Below, in pieces: positions 35,913-46,500 of a DNA stretch of 64,000 nucleotides. The position numbers were made by a program, and so were the translations under genes. Origin of the DNA: Candidatus Uhrbacteria bacterium RIFCSPLOWO2_01_FULL_47_25 (lineage in GTDB: Bacteria > Patescibacteriota > Patescibacteriia > GWA2-46-9); NCBI GenBank assembly GCA_001791325.1, contig MGEK01000039.1, positions 1,175 through 65,174 on the forward strand, given 5' to 3'. The first letter of the stretch is position 1; each line of letters starts with the position of its first letter. The notes under the pieces are model-generated. The model was given only the letters and a program-made list of their open reading frames with translations. It did not search any database and had not been told where the DNA came from.

Positions 35913-36023
35913 TGATTGATGAATTAAGAATTATGAATAGCGAATTACGAATCTTGAATATGCGATTTGATTAAGAAGGTAATCAACCCAATTCCTACTT
36001 CCTGATTCATGATTCTTGCTTCA

Positions 36024-37292
36024 TCACTTCAACAGCTCCAATGCTCTCTCTAGCACCGGATCTTTCCCATCATCCAACTTGGCACGATCCACCGTCACAA
36101 CGATATCAGGTTCAATACCCTCTCCTTCAATGCTTCTACCTTTTGGCGTAAACCACTTGGCAACAGTTATCTTCACGGCTGAACCGTCTGGCAAGCTCTG
36201 CAACTCCTGCACTGACCCTTTACCGAAAGTCTTTTCGCCTATCACGGTGGCCAAATTATAATCCTGCAGCGCTCCGGCCACAATCTCCGAAGCGCTGGCG
36301 CTTCCAGCGTTTACTAACACGATTGTTTTCTGACCCTTCAATGGGGATTTGCCGCGAGCTGGAAATTCCGTGCGCTCCTCACTGTGCGTCTGCTGAAGAA
36401 CCACTGGATTATTGGCGACCCAATAGCTCGCCACATCTACCGCTGTTTCTAAAAAACCGCCCGGGTTATTCTGAAGATCAAGAATGATGGCTCTGGGATT
36501 TTCATTTAATGCCTTGTTTACAGCTGCAGAAAAATTACTCAACGTGTCTTCATTGAAATGACTGATTTTGATATAAGCAATATCGGCTTGCTTGGAATCT
36601 GACGCCGACTTCATGGAAAATTCAACGCTTTTGATAGAGATTTTATCCCTAACAATTTTCACTTCAAATGGCTCGCTAATTCCCTCTCTAATTATTTTTA
36701 AAGTTACTTCGGTTCCGCGCTTCCCGCGAATAGCCGCCACCGCCGACTCTAAAGTCATGCCACTTGTGTCCCTGCCATTAATAACAATAATGCGATCTTT
36801 TGGTTTTAAACCAGCTTTTTCTGCCGGTGTGCCGGGCAACGGAGCAATAATAACAATTTGAGAATCCCTCAAGCCAATTTCCGCGCCAATCCCCTCAAAG
36901 CTCCCGGCCAATTCTTGATTAAAATCAGCAGCGGTTTTTGGGTCAAGAAAAACCGTATAGGGATCACCGATGCCAGCCACCAAACCGCTTAAGGCTCCGT
37001 AAAAGAGTTTGGTTTCGGCTATGGGACGATCAACATACTGCTCCTGTAATAATTTCCAGACCTGCCAAAAAAGGCTAAAATTCACATCTGATTTGAGGTA
37101 ACCGGCTGGTGGATCACTTTCCTTGCCAAAAACTTGACCACTGCCAATAGCTTTCTGTAAGCCGCTTTCTTCGCCCGCATAGTAACCCGCACCAAAAGAA
37201 AAAATGACTACAAGCAAAAGGCCGACCAGCGGCAAAATTTTCCGCCGACGAGGCGGTGATGGAATTGTATTAAATTCTTCCATGTACGCCAT
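36024..37292 (-). CDS. ctpA: carboxyl-terminal processing protease (S41 family, PDZ-containing)
   Basis: N-terminal TM, PDZ segment, and the S41 catalytic region (VLVNAGSASASEI ... K). Confidence 0.85.
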   Translation of the reverse strand: MAYMEEFNTIPSPPRRRKILPLVGLLLVVIFSFGAGYYAGEESGLQKAIGSGQVFGKESDPPAGYLKSDVNFSLFWQVWKLLQEQYVDRPIAETKLFYGALSGLVAGIGDPYTVFLDPKTAADFNQELAGSFEGIGAEIGLRDSQIVIIAPLPGTPAEKAGLKPKDRIIVINGRDTSGMTLESAVAAIRGKRGTEVTLKIIREGISEPFEVKIVRDKISIKSVEFSMKSASDSKQADIAYIKISHFNEDTLSNFSAAVNKALNENPRAIILDLQNNPGGFLETAVDVASYWVANNPVVLQQTHSEERTEFPARGKSPLKGQKTIVLVNAGSASASEIVAGALQDYNLATVIGEKTFGKGSVQELQSLPDGSAVKITVAKWFTPKGRSIEGEGIEPDIVVTVDRAKLDDGKDPVLERALELLK

Positions 37293-37378
37293 TGTATCAA
37301 ATCATACACAAAATCGTCAAAAAAGAGACTCAAGATTGCTTAATTAACCTTGTTTTGCTATTATAACTGCCAATCGCT

Positions 37379-38650
37379 ATGAATTCGCATGCCACATTCG
37401 TTATTCGCGGCGGCCGTGAACTTAAGGGGGAAATAGAAGTGAAGGGCGCAAAAAACGCGGCTTTAAAAATATTAGCGGCGGCGGTGCTGTCTCGTGAACC
37501 ATGCGTGATTAAGAATTTGCCGGACATAGAAGATGTGCAACGCATGGAAGAATTACTTCGTTCAATTGGCGTAAAAATCTCAAAAACAAAACAGCATACC
37601 ACCATTGAAACAAGCGAAGTGCAAGCTGGTCCGTTGGATAGAAGCTTGGTAGAAAGTATTCGTGCCTCAATATTGCTCGCTGGTCCGTTATTGGCGCGCC
37701 ACGGTGAAGTAATTATGCCGCATCCGGGCGGAGACAAAATTGGACAGCGACCAATTGACATATTTCTTGATGGATTCAAGGCCTTAGGAGTCACAGTAGA
37801 AGTGCGGGACAGGAGCTATCGTCTGACTACAAAAAAACTGACTGGCGGCGTCATACTACTGCCGCGGGTCAGTGTCACGGTTACTGAAGAAATGATTATG
37901 ACCGCGGTTCTGGCCGAAGGCGAAACGATCATTAAAAACGCGGCGATGGAACCAGAAATAATAGCTCTCGCTGATTATCTTAACGCCCAAGGGGCGCGCA
38001 TTAGGGGCGCCGGTACGCCAACAATCATCATTAACGGTGTCAAACAAATTAGTGGCGGCACATATACGGTCATACCTGATAGAATTGAGGCCGGCACGTT
38101 CATTATCCTCGGCCTCCTCACCAACAGCGAAATCAAAGTCACGAGATGCAACCCAAGTCATCTGGAAAGTCTGCTCTGGCATCTTGAGAAAGCTGGTGCG
38201 GTTGTTGAGGTAGGCTCTGATTTTGTTGTTACGCGCCGCCATCAAACACTAAAAGCCCAAAGCATGATTACTCACGAATACCCCGGATTCACAACCGACC
38301 TGCAGCCACCCTATACCGTGCTTATGACCCAAGCAGAAGGGCCGTCCATTATTCATGATCCAATACATCAGGGCGGACGGCTTTTCTATACTGACCTTTT
38401 AAATAGCATGGGCGCGAATATCATTATGTGCGATCCCTATCGCGTGGTGGTCAACGGGCCGACAATTCTGCGCGGACGTTATTTAACCAGTCCGGATATA
38501 CGCGCCGGCATGGCCCTCATACTCGCCGCCCTAATCGCCGAGGGTGAAACAATTATTGACAATGTATATCAAGTTGACCGCGGCTACGAACACATAGCGG
38601 AAAGATTAGCTGGCCTGGGAGCTGATATCAAAAGGTCTGAAGGAGAATAG
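37379..38650 (+). CDS. murA: UDP-N-acetylglucosamine 1-carboxyvinyltransferase MurA
   Basis: 423 aa; FVIRGGRELKGEIEVKGAKNAALKIL N-terminus; EPSP-synthase-like fold. Confidence 0.9.
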   Translation: MNSHATFVIRGGRELKGEIEVKGAKNAALKILAAAVLSREPCVIKNLPDIEDVQRMEELLRSIGVKISKTKQHTTIETSEVQAGPLDRSLVESIRASILLAGPLLARHGEVIMPHPGGDKIGQRPIDIFLDGFKALGVTVEVRDRSYRLTTKKLTGGVILLPRVSVTVTEEMIMTAVLAEGETIIKNAAMEPEIIALADYLNAQGARIRGAGTPTIIINGVKQISGGTYTVIPDRIEAGTFIILGLLTNSEIKVTRCNPSHLESLLWHLEKAGAVVEVGSDFVVTRRHQTLKAQSMITHEYPGFTTDLQPPYTVLMTQAEGPSIIHDPIHQGGRLFYTDLLNSMGANIIMCDPYRVVVNGPTILRGRYLTSPDIRAGMALILAALIAEGETIIDNVYQVDRGYEHIAERLAGLGADIKRSEGE

Positions 38651-38656
38651 CCATTT

Positions 38657-40024
38657 ATGACCTTAAGAGCGAGGCGAATAGTTTATTCGCTCTTTATCGC
38701 CGCCTTTATAGTTACTGCGCCGCTAGTTATTATTTACACGCAGGGCTATCGCTATAACCTGAAGCATCAACGACTTGAGCCAACGGGCACCCTGGTATTG
38801 TCAACTATACCAAAGGGGGCGACAATCTCGCTGAATGGTCAAGTCATAAAATTTTTAACTCCCAAAACTTTGCAGGCTGTGCTGCCGGGCACGTATACAA
38901 TACGCCTAAGCAAAGATAGTTATAAAACCTGGGAGAAACGCTTGAAAGTCAAAGCTGGCGAAGCTATCTTTGTAAGCAATGTCCGCTTATGGCGCGAGAC
39001 AATGCCAAAAAGACTCTCTCAAGCCATCTATCAAATTTTTTCTCCAAATCCAGACACCACCGCGATTCTTCTTACTACCTGGAGCGCTAACAAAGAGCAA
39101 CTCCTGCTCTTTGATAAATTATCAGGCAAACCGCCAACGGTGATCGCCGAAAGGCCAATGCGTAATCCCTCCGATCAAATCATCTGGTCAGCGCAAGCCA
39201 CCAGAGCTCTTGTCGCAGGGCCTGACGAAACTGCTATAGTAGAGCTTAACCAAAACCCCTCCTGGCAATCTCTTTCCAGTTTTGTACCAAAAACGATCAG
39301 CGATTTTCGTTGGGATCCTGAATACGATGATTTACTTTATGGAAGCGACGGGGCTAGTGTCTATCGCCTTGATTTATCCTCTAAAAAAATTACCCCCCTC
39401 GTCCCTCTTACTAACGTTAAACAGAGCAAACAAACATTGACGGGCTACTGGATAGAAAATAATACCCTCTATGAACTGATTCAACGCGATGATGATCATT
39501 CCATTTTGCGCTCAACGCCGCTCCTCACCACAAATTCAGGGCGAGAGATGATCTTGCCGACGAACTACCCCTACAAACTGCTTGACCAAAAAGATGACTT
39601 AATCGCTCTTATTGACTCGGCTAAGACCATGTCTCTTTGGCGGCTAGCTGGAGAATCCCTGCTGCCGGTCTTCAGCGCGCCCAACGTCAAACAAGCTATT
39701 TTTCTCAAAACTACCGGCGATTTGCTATATTCATCACCGTTTGAATTATGGACTTATAGTCCAAAAACAGGCGCTCAAACCCTCCTCACCCGTATCGCCG
39801 CTGAAGTGGACCAGGCGGCTTGGTTCCCTGATGGTTCACATGTAATATTTGCGTCTAACCACGCTGTCTTTTTTCTGGAGAGAGACGAACGCGATATTAG
39901 AAATCAATGGATGATGATGCCGTTTCAAGATCTTGTAGGATATGCTGTAAGTCAAGACGGTAAGGAGATGTACTTTGCCGGGACTATCGGTTCAGATTCC
40001 GGCCTCTGGCGCCTTGATTTATGA
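38657..40024 (+). CDS. hypothetical membrane-anchored protein with PEGA-like domain and beta-propeller-like C-region
   Basis: N-terminal TM; the PEGA-type segment (LSTIPKGATISLNGQ...TPKTL..LPGTYTIRLSKDSYKTWE) followed by WD/TolB-like repeats. Confidence 0.5.
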   Translation: MTLRARRIVYSLFIAAFIVTAPLVIIYTQGYRYNLKHQRLEPTGTLVLSTIPKGATISLNGQVIKFLTPKTLQAVLPGTYTIRLSKDSYKTWEKRLKVKAGEAIFVSNVRLWRETMPKRLSQAIYQIFSPNPDTTAILLTTWSANKEQLLLFDKLSGKPPTVIAERPMRNPSDQIIWSAQATRALVAGPDETAIVELNQNPSWQSLSSFVPKTISDFRWDPEYDDLLYGSDGASVYRLDLSSKKITPLVPLTNVKQSKQTLTGYWIENNTLYELIQRDDDHSILRSTPLLTTNSGREMILPTNYPYKLLDQKDDLIALIDSAKTMSLWRLAGESLLPVFSAPNVKQAIFLKTTGDLLYSSPFELWTYSPKTGAQTLLTRIAAEVDQAAWFPDGSHVIFASNHAVFFLERDERDIRNQWMMMPFQDLVGYAVSQDGKEMYFAGTIGSDSGLWRLDL

Positions 40025-40038
40025 CCTCCGCACCCTTT

Positions 40039-40767
40039 CTAGGCGGATAACTTGTGGGCCACTAGATTACCGGCTTTCAGTAATGATTCAAAAGTGCCGG
40101 CGTCAGTCCATTCGCCAGCCACAATTTCAAAAGTCATTGTTCCGGCGGCGATATAAGCGTTATTGACATCGGTTATTTCTAATTCGCCACGGCCTGACGG
40201 ACGCAGGGTTTTTATGATATCAAAAACATGACGGTCGTAGAAATATAGACCAGTTACTATTAAATTGCTTTTTGGATGTTTTGGTTTTTCTTCAATCCCA
40301 ATAATTTTCTGTCCCACCACCTCAGCAACTCCAAAACGCTCTGGGTCGCGAACTTCTTTGAGCATAATCTTGGAGCCTCTTTCCTGGGCGATAAAATCTT
40401 TAGCGGCTTTGATAATTTGTTGATGATCTTCAAAGATATTATCCCCTAAAATTACGGCTAGTTTACCGCCATCAGCAAAATCTTCGGCGAGCCCTAAAGC
40501 TTCGGCAATACCACCAGCCTCTTCCTGCACTTCATAAGATAGACGCACGCCAAAATCTTTGCCCGACCCCAAGAGGTGCAAAAAATGCCCGGCATGCTCG
40601 CGGCCGGATACAATCAAAATGTCTTTGAGCCCCATGCCTATGAGCGTTTCCAGAGGATAATAAATCATCGGTTTGTTATAAACCGGCAAAAGATGCTTGT
40701 TGGTCACCAAAGTAAGCGGGCGAAGACGCGTACCATTTCCCCCCGCCAAAATAACTCCTTTAATCAT
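40039..40767 (-). CDS. rfbA: glucose-1-phosphate thymidylyltransferase (sugar nucleotidyltransferase)
   Basis: MIKGVILAGGNGTRLRPLT...NKPMIYYPL signature; first gene of the rfbABCD set. Confidence 0.8.
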   Translation of the reverse strand: MIKGVILAGGNGTRLRPLTLVTNKHLLPVYNKPMIYYPLETLIGMGLKDILIVSGREHAGHFLHLLGSGKDFGVRLSYEVQEEAGGIAEALGLAEDFADGGKLAVILGDNIFEDHQQIIKAAKDFIAQERGSKIMLKEVRDPERFGVAEVVGQKIIGIEEKPKHPKSNLIVTGLYFYDRHVFDIIKTLRPSGRGELEITDVNNAYIAAGTMTFEIVAGEWTDAGTFESLLKAGNLVAHKLSA

Positions 40768-41654
40768 AAATGATTGGATATTATATATTCACGCAAGGCC
40801 TCACGCCAATGGCGCAAAGGCGCGAGTTTAGTAGATTGTAACACGGAATAAGCCGGACGTCTTGCTGGTCGCGGCAAATCCTTGCTGGCTATCGGCCGAA
40901 GATTGATATATTTACGATCAGGTGTGGCATGATTAATAGAATAAGCACCACTCTCATTTAAAACTGTTTTGGCAAGCTCATACCAACTGCAATATCCGTC
41001 GTTAGTGCGATGATAAACACCAAAGGCAGGCCGACTCATTAGCATCTCTTTTACGGCCATAGCCAAATCACTAACAAAGGTTGGGCTGGCAATTTCGTCG
41101 TCAATAAATTGCAGTTCACTTTTTTGAGCGGCGGCCTCAAGCACAATATCAACGAATGTTTTCTTGCCGGCGCCAGAAGATTTTCCAAAAAGACGCGAAG
41201 TACGAATTATATAATATTTAAGACCATGCTCTGCTAAGCGCAAAATAGCCTCCTCGCCTCCGAGCTTAGAGCGGCCATAGACACTGATTGGCTTTGGGTG
41301 ATCGGCTTCAATATAAGGCGAGTCCTTGGCGCCATCAAAAACATAATCAGTGCTAAAATGAATTAAAAGCGCTTTGTTCTCAATACTGGCTTTAGCCAAA
41401 TAGCCAACTGCTTCAGCATTAATCACAAAAGCCTGCTTCGCCGCTTCGTCATTTTTTTCTATCTCATCAACGGCATTATACGCCGCCGCATTAACAACGA
41501 TTTCTGGGCGAACCTCATGGCAAAATTTCTGCAGAGCTACCTTGTCGGTAATATCAATAACGTCACGATCTACGGCCACCAAATCTTCTGTGGAAAAAGT
41601 CGCTGCCAGCGCTTGACCCAATAGACCCTTAGCGCCAATCAAAAGAACACGCAT
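40764..41654 (-). CDS. rfbD: dTDP-4-dehydrorhamnose reductase
   Basis: MRVLLIGAKGLLGQALA Rossmann N-terminus; ~296 aa. Confidence 0.85.
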   Translation of the reverse strand: MRVLLIGAKGLLGQALAATFSTEDLVAVDRDVIDITDKVALQKFCHEVRPEIVVNAAAYNAVDEIEKNDEAAKQAFVINAEAVGYLAKASIENKALLIHFSTDYVFDGAKDSPYIEADHPKPISVYGRSKLGGEEAILRLAEHGLKYYIIRTSRLFGKSSGAGKKTFVDIVLEAAAQKSELQFIDDEIASPTFVSDLAMAVKEMLMSRPAFGVYHRTNDGYCSWYELAKTVLNESGAYSINHATPDRKYINLRPIASKDLPRPARRPAYSVLQSTKLAPLRHWREALREYIISNHL

Positions 41655-41663
41655 TGGTCAAAA

Positions 41664-41697
41664 AGTATTCTCATATTCTTAAGAATATGAGAATACT
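41664..41697 (-). terminator. 34-bp perfect palindrome (AGTATTCTCATATTCTTAAGAATATGAGAATACT) between rfbC and rfbD
   Basis: A perfect inverted repeat followed on the coding (minus) strand by TTTTGACC. It is an intercistronic hairpin or intrinsic terminator/attenuator candidate. Confidence 0.4.
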
Positions 41698-41706
41698 ACT
41701 AGATAA

Positions 41707-42243
41707 TCAAATAGTAATGCCATATGATTTAAGTAAATTACTAACATCGGGCACTTCATCTGGGCGAAGCCGCACATAATCGGCATTATCGTGCGGCGTG
41801 GTGGCTACACATACAACACGCACCGGTGTATCAGTTAAGGCCCAATAAACGTGATAGACGCCGTGCGGCACAATCACATAGGGCATACCTGACTCTCCCA
41901 CGCGATATACTGGGGCCGGACCATCAGGTTTTGCCTCATCAGTAAAGACCATCGCCTGCAGGGCGCCGAATGTTTTTGAACCTTCACGGTAATCTCTAAA
42001 AGCCCAAAGCGCCGTGCCGGTGATGGTGAAAAAAAGTTCAGACTGCCGATAATGATAGTGCCCGGCGCGCGCGATATTTTTTCCGACAGCCACAGAAAGA
42101 TAGATATTCCCTAAACCATCTTTAACATCAGAATTAGAAACGCCACCCGGCACTAATTCGCCAAGCCACCCGCGCTCGTCTCCGATGGCGCGATTCATAA
42201 CAATCGTGAGGCCGTCAATCGCAGTGGAAATTCGTTCAGTCAT
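41707..42243 (-). CDS. rfbC: dTDP-4-dehydrorhamnose 3,5-epimerase (cupin)
   Basis: ~178-aa cupin between rfbB and rfbD; assignment rests on the fold and gene context. Confidence 0.65.
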   Translation of the reverse strand: MTERISTAIDGLTIVMNRAIGDERGWLGELVPGGVSNSDVKDGLGNIYLSVAVGKNIARAGHYHYRQSELFFTITGTALWAFRDYREGSKTFGALQAMVFTDEAKPDGPAPVYRVGESGMPYVIVPHGVYHVYWALTDTPVRVVCVATTPHDNADYVRLRPDEVPDVSNLLKSYGITI

Positions 42244-42285
42244 AGCTCTAAAATTCAGAAGATCAGAATCAACGATTTTCTATCC

Positions 42286-42325
42286 AACCAAAAGTATCAT
42301 ACTATATAGTATGATACTTTTGGTT
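42286..42325. repeat. 40-bp palindrome AACCAAAAGTATCATACTATATAGTATGATACTTTTGGTT (core shared with 63955-63982)
   Basis: Perfect inverted repeat between the rfbB stop and the rfbC start; a candidate operator/terminator motif family. Confidence 0.45.
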
Positions 42326-42379
42326 AAAATGTCACAAGAGGATAGCCATCTCATAAAATCATAAACTATCAATCATCAA

Positions 42380-43387
42380 CTATACAAGATGCGCGTTGAT
42401 GCCCTTAGCGCGGGCTTTGATTCTATTCACCCAGTCCTGATTGTCGCGATACCACTGAATAGTTTCTTTAACCGCCTCGGAAAAATGATATCTCGGCTTC
42501 CAGCCAAGTTCTTTGGCAATTTTACTCGCGTCAATGGCATAACGTCGATCATGCCCCGGACGGTCTGTCACAAAAGTAATAAGAGATTCCGGCTTGCCCA
42601 AAGCCTTCAAAATTAATCGGGCAATTTCTAAATTAGGCCTCTCAAAGTGCCCGCCGATATTATAAACCTCTCCGGCCTTGCCTTGGCGTAAAACTAAGTC
42701 AATCGCTTCACAATGATCGCGAACATACAGCCAATCACGCACATTCTTGCCATCACCATAGAGCGGCAGAGGCTGGTCGTTCATCGCTCTATCAATAAAA
42801 AATGGTATAAGTTTTTCGGGATATTGATACGGACCATAGTTGTTAGAACAGTGAGTGACGACAACATCCAAGCCAAAAGTTTTGAAAAAAGCGCGACACA
42901 AAAGATCTCCGCCGGCTTTAGCCGCGGCATAGGGCACATTTGGCTGGAATGGCCAATTCTCGTGGAATTGCCGAGCGTCTTCCAGCTCTAATGAGCCATA
43001 TACTTCATCAGTAGAAATTTGCACGTGCCTTTTGATTGTCCCGAGCTGACGTTCTGCATCCAATAAAGTTTGCACGCCAAGCGTATTGGTCAGAACAAAA
43101 TCACGCGAGCCGATATGAATACTTCGGTCAACATGGGTCTCGGCCGCAAAGTTGACTACGACGTCAATTCCTTGCTTAAGTACTTTTTCAACAGCCTCTG
43201 AGTCGGCGATGTCGCCCTTGACGAACGAATATCGCGCGTTACCAGCAAGATCCTTAAGATTCTCAAGATTGCCAGCATACGTAAGTTTATCAAAATTCAC
43301 TACCTCGTCCTCCAGATAGTTTTCAATCAGGTAATGAATAAAATTGGAGCCAATGAACCCCGCCCCACCGGCAACGAGTATTTTCAT
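42380..43387 (-). CDS. rfbB: dTDP-glucose 4,6-dehydratase
   Basis: MKILVAGGAGFIGSNF, the YxxxK SDR motif, 335 aa from the MKIL start. The track ORF has a 14-codon upstream extension. Confidence 0.9.
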   Translation of the reverse strand: MKILVAGGAGFIGSNFIHYLIENYLEDEVVNFDKLTYAGNLENLKDLAGNARYSFVKGDIADSEAVEKVLKQGIDVVVNFAAETHVDRSIHIGSRDFVLTNTLGVQTLLDAERQLGTIKRHVQISTDEVYGSLELEDARQFHENWPFQPNVPYAAAKAGGDLLCRAFFKTFGLDVVVTHCSNNYGPYQYPEKLIPFFIDRAMNDQPLPLYGDGKNVRDWLYVRDHCEAIDLVLRQGKAGEVYNIGGHFERPNLEIARLILKALGKPESLITFVTDRPGHDRRYAIDASKIAKELGWKPRYHFSEAVKETIQWYRDNQDWVNRIKARAKGINAHLV

Positions 43388-43549
43388 AAAATCAGCATAA
43401 CGGAAAATTTCACTTAAAACAAGATTCATAACGAACGGAGAGTGAAACCGAAAATAATGAAACGCGTTTAAAAAATTATATCGTGAAAAAGGAAAACGGC
43501 CGCACTTCGCGTACGGCCGTCGTCCCTCCTTATTCTTATCGCCACCTCC

Positions 43550-46500
43550 TTACCACTGCTCGCACCAGGTACGAGCGTTCTGAACCATTTGTAAGTATGG
43601 GCTTACCTCTAGCCATGTCCACTCCGATGAAACGTAAGCCCCTTGCCACATTCTAAAGCCTCGGTCCACTGCGTGAGGCATCATGAAGAATTTCCGTCCG
43701 TCCGGTGAACAAAGTGCCGTTATACCACCCGGACTTCCGTTGGGGTTGAACGGGTATTCTTCCGTTGGCTCACCGTCTGGCCCCACGTAAAAGATAGGCG
43801 CCAGGTCGTTCGTGAGCACAAATTGCAACACTTCTGGGTCGGGGAAGGTGAGGCGACCTTCTTTGTGGGCGACCCAGGCTCCGAAGATAGAGCCTTCCAT
43901 GCCGCGGAGCATGATCGCTGGGCTTTTCCGGAAACCCAATGTTACGAAGCGGCATTCAAATCGGCCCGAGACATTTTCCGTAAACCACGGCAGTTTTTCC
44001 TCGGGGAAAAGATGACCGAGAGTGAGTCCGAGACTGGCGTCGACTTGCGCACCATTGCAGACGCCGAAAGTGAAAGTATCCGGTCGCGAACAAAATTCCA
44101 GATACTGATCGGCTAGCGCGGGTCCTTTCATGACGGCCGCCCAGCCCTGACCAGCGCCAAAAACATCACGGAACGACCAGCCCCCCGGAAGAACCCTTCC
44201 GCGGAATCCATGGAGAGTGATTTTTCCACGTTCGAGGTCGTCTGTGGCCACATCAACCGGATCAAAACCGCCATCATAGAAAGCGGCGGCCATTTCCGGT
44301 TCTCCTCGCGTCCCTTCTTCGCGAAGCATGGCGATGCGAATTTTGCTTTTGGCGGTCAGGATGGCGGTCGGTGTCGGTTTGGGAGTAAACGTAAGTTTGT
44401 ATGGAGGCGAGGTGAGCATCTTGCGCCGCGCCCTACTTTCAGCGTCAACGCAGGCGGAATTTGCCTTCATCTTGTCGATGATGCTGCTGAGCTCCTCCCA
44501 TTTTGCCCGAAGATCGACCATCTGCTCATCGAGCACGATTGAGCCATTTACCGATACCTTGATCTCCGGGGTTGACAAGGAGTGACCGATGGTCTGGGCC
44601 GTCACGCCATGACGATGAAGAACTTCCTGAACTGCGTCTATCCTGACGCATTCCACGATGGCGCCCGGTTCTTGTGCAAACAACGTGGCCCGCGCTTCGT
44701 GCTGACTCCGGAAGTCGAGATCAAGTCCAAGATTTGCCGCGAAGGCCATTTCGAGCGCTGTCACCAGGGAGCCATCACCGGCCGTGTCATGATAGGCGGA
44801 AATGAGACCCAAGTCGACAAGTTCTTGCGCGGCCTCAAACAGGTGCTTGAGATCGGCCGCTTTGACGTCCGGACACTCGTCGCCGATTTGACCATGCCCC
44901 TGAGCTAAAGCTGATCCGCCCAAGCGGTGTTGATGAGGATTACACTCCAGCCAGAGCAGCTCTCTCCCAGCCTCTTTCAGGTCGGGAGTGACTTTGACGG
45001 TAATGTCCGGGACCGGTGCGTTGGTTGAAATAACGATTTCCCGCGGCGCCCTAACTTCTTGAAGCTGACCGTCGGGGTTTACGCGGAGGTCGAACATGGC
45101 GCTTGAATCCTTGCCTCCATCCGGTTCGCAGCCCTGAAATTCGGCGAGGAATTGGCGTAATGCCTGCATAGCCTCTTCAAGCCAAATGCCTTCGCCAGGG
45201 AGTTTGGTGGCCAACATGGCGTTAAGCGAACACTTGACGTCTCCGAGGCCGATGATTTTCACGCCACCCAGGTTGAGAATGGCTTCGGCTGCCGCTAGGC
45301 GGACGCTCGCTCCTGGTGAGATGAGACTAGAGAGCGGTTGTTCCCCAATACTATGGGCCGTGCCACGCAGGCTGAAATGGCTAGCGGCCTTGATTGAGCA
45401 GTCGGCTATCGGCGCTTGGTACGGACCGACATCCTGTTGTTGGGCTACCAGGCCACCCACACTGCGGTCGCCTTCAATGGTCGTCCACCGCTTGCTGCAA
45501 ACGGAAAGAAGACCGAAAACGAGATCAAGACTTTCCCGAATTGTTTCTTCGGGCGGCATAGAAAGCGGTTGGCGCCTCTCTTTCTTCGGTGTGAGAACGA
45601 AAGTCTTTTGTCGCTCGGTGCCGAGCATAGGTTCAAGCGGCGCGTTGACGATGACCTGTCCGCGACTTTTCATGACGAGCCGTCCGTCGCCGGTCACCGT
45701 TCCGATCACGGCGCAAGGCAAATGCTCGCGTTGGCAGATGGCCTGGATGAGCGGCCAATCTGTGGGCCAGGCAAGCATCACAGCCGATTCCTGGCTTTCA
45801 TTACCTACTCTTTCAACATCACTCAAGGTATCGTCTCCCCACGGCACCTGGTCAAGGTCGAACACCGCTCCGGCCGGATACACTATTTCTGGTGGACCGT
45901 TGCTTAAGCCGCCCGCCCCCAAATCGCTAGACTTTTGTACAGGATTGCGCCGGCCAAGCCAGAAGCACGTTCGGAAGAAGTTACCGAAACAGCGTCGCAT
46001 CAAAGCGTCGCCGCGCTGTACCGAACGAAGAAGGATGGCCATATCGACATCATAGCCGATGGCCGATGACGAAGCGGTTCCTCCGCCAATGCCGAGACGG
46101 AAACGCGGACCGCCAACGTAACCAACGAGCATGCCCGCTTGTGGTTCAACTGGCGCGACATCTTCATGGTTCATGACACCGGCGCCAACCGTGAAAAGGA
46201 TCGGCTTTTCCCACCCCCAAGCTTGTCCGTCTGGGGTCACAACAAAGAGGGTGCGAACGAAGCCATAGGTGAGCGCTTCGCCCGAAGCATTGCCGTAACG
46301 ACGGGTGCCATGGCTGGCTCCCAGCATTATTTGGAGAGGCGTTGGATATCCTGGTCGGGACGACCATCCATCCTTTTCCCACGGTTGCAGGTGGCCCGGG
46401 ATACAGAGATTGCCAGTACAATATCCTGCCCCCGCTACTCCCAAATCTGCGCCACGTCGGGTGACATAATTGTCCGCCTGTCGTCCACCGACGCCGGTAT

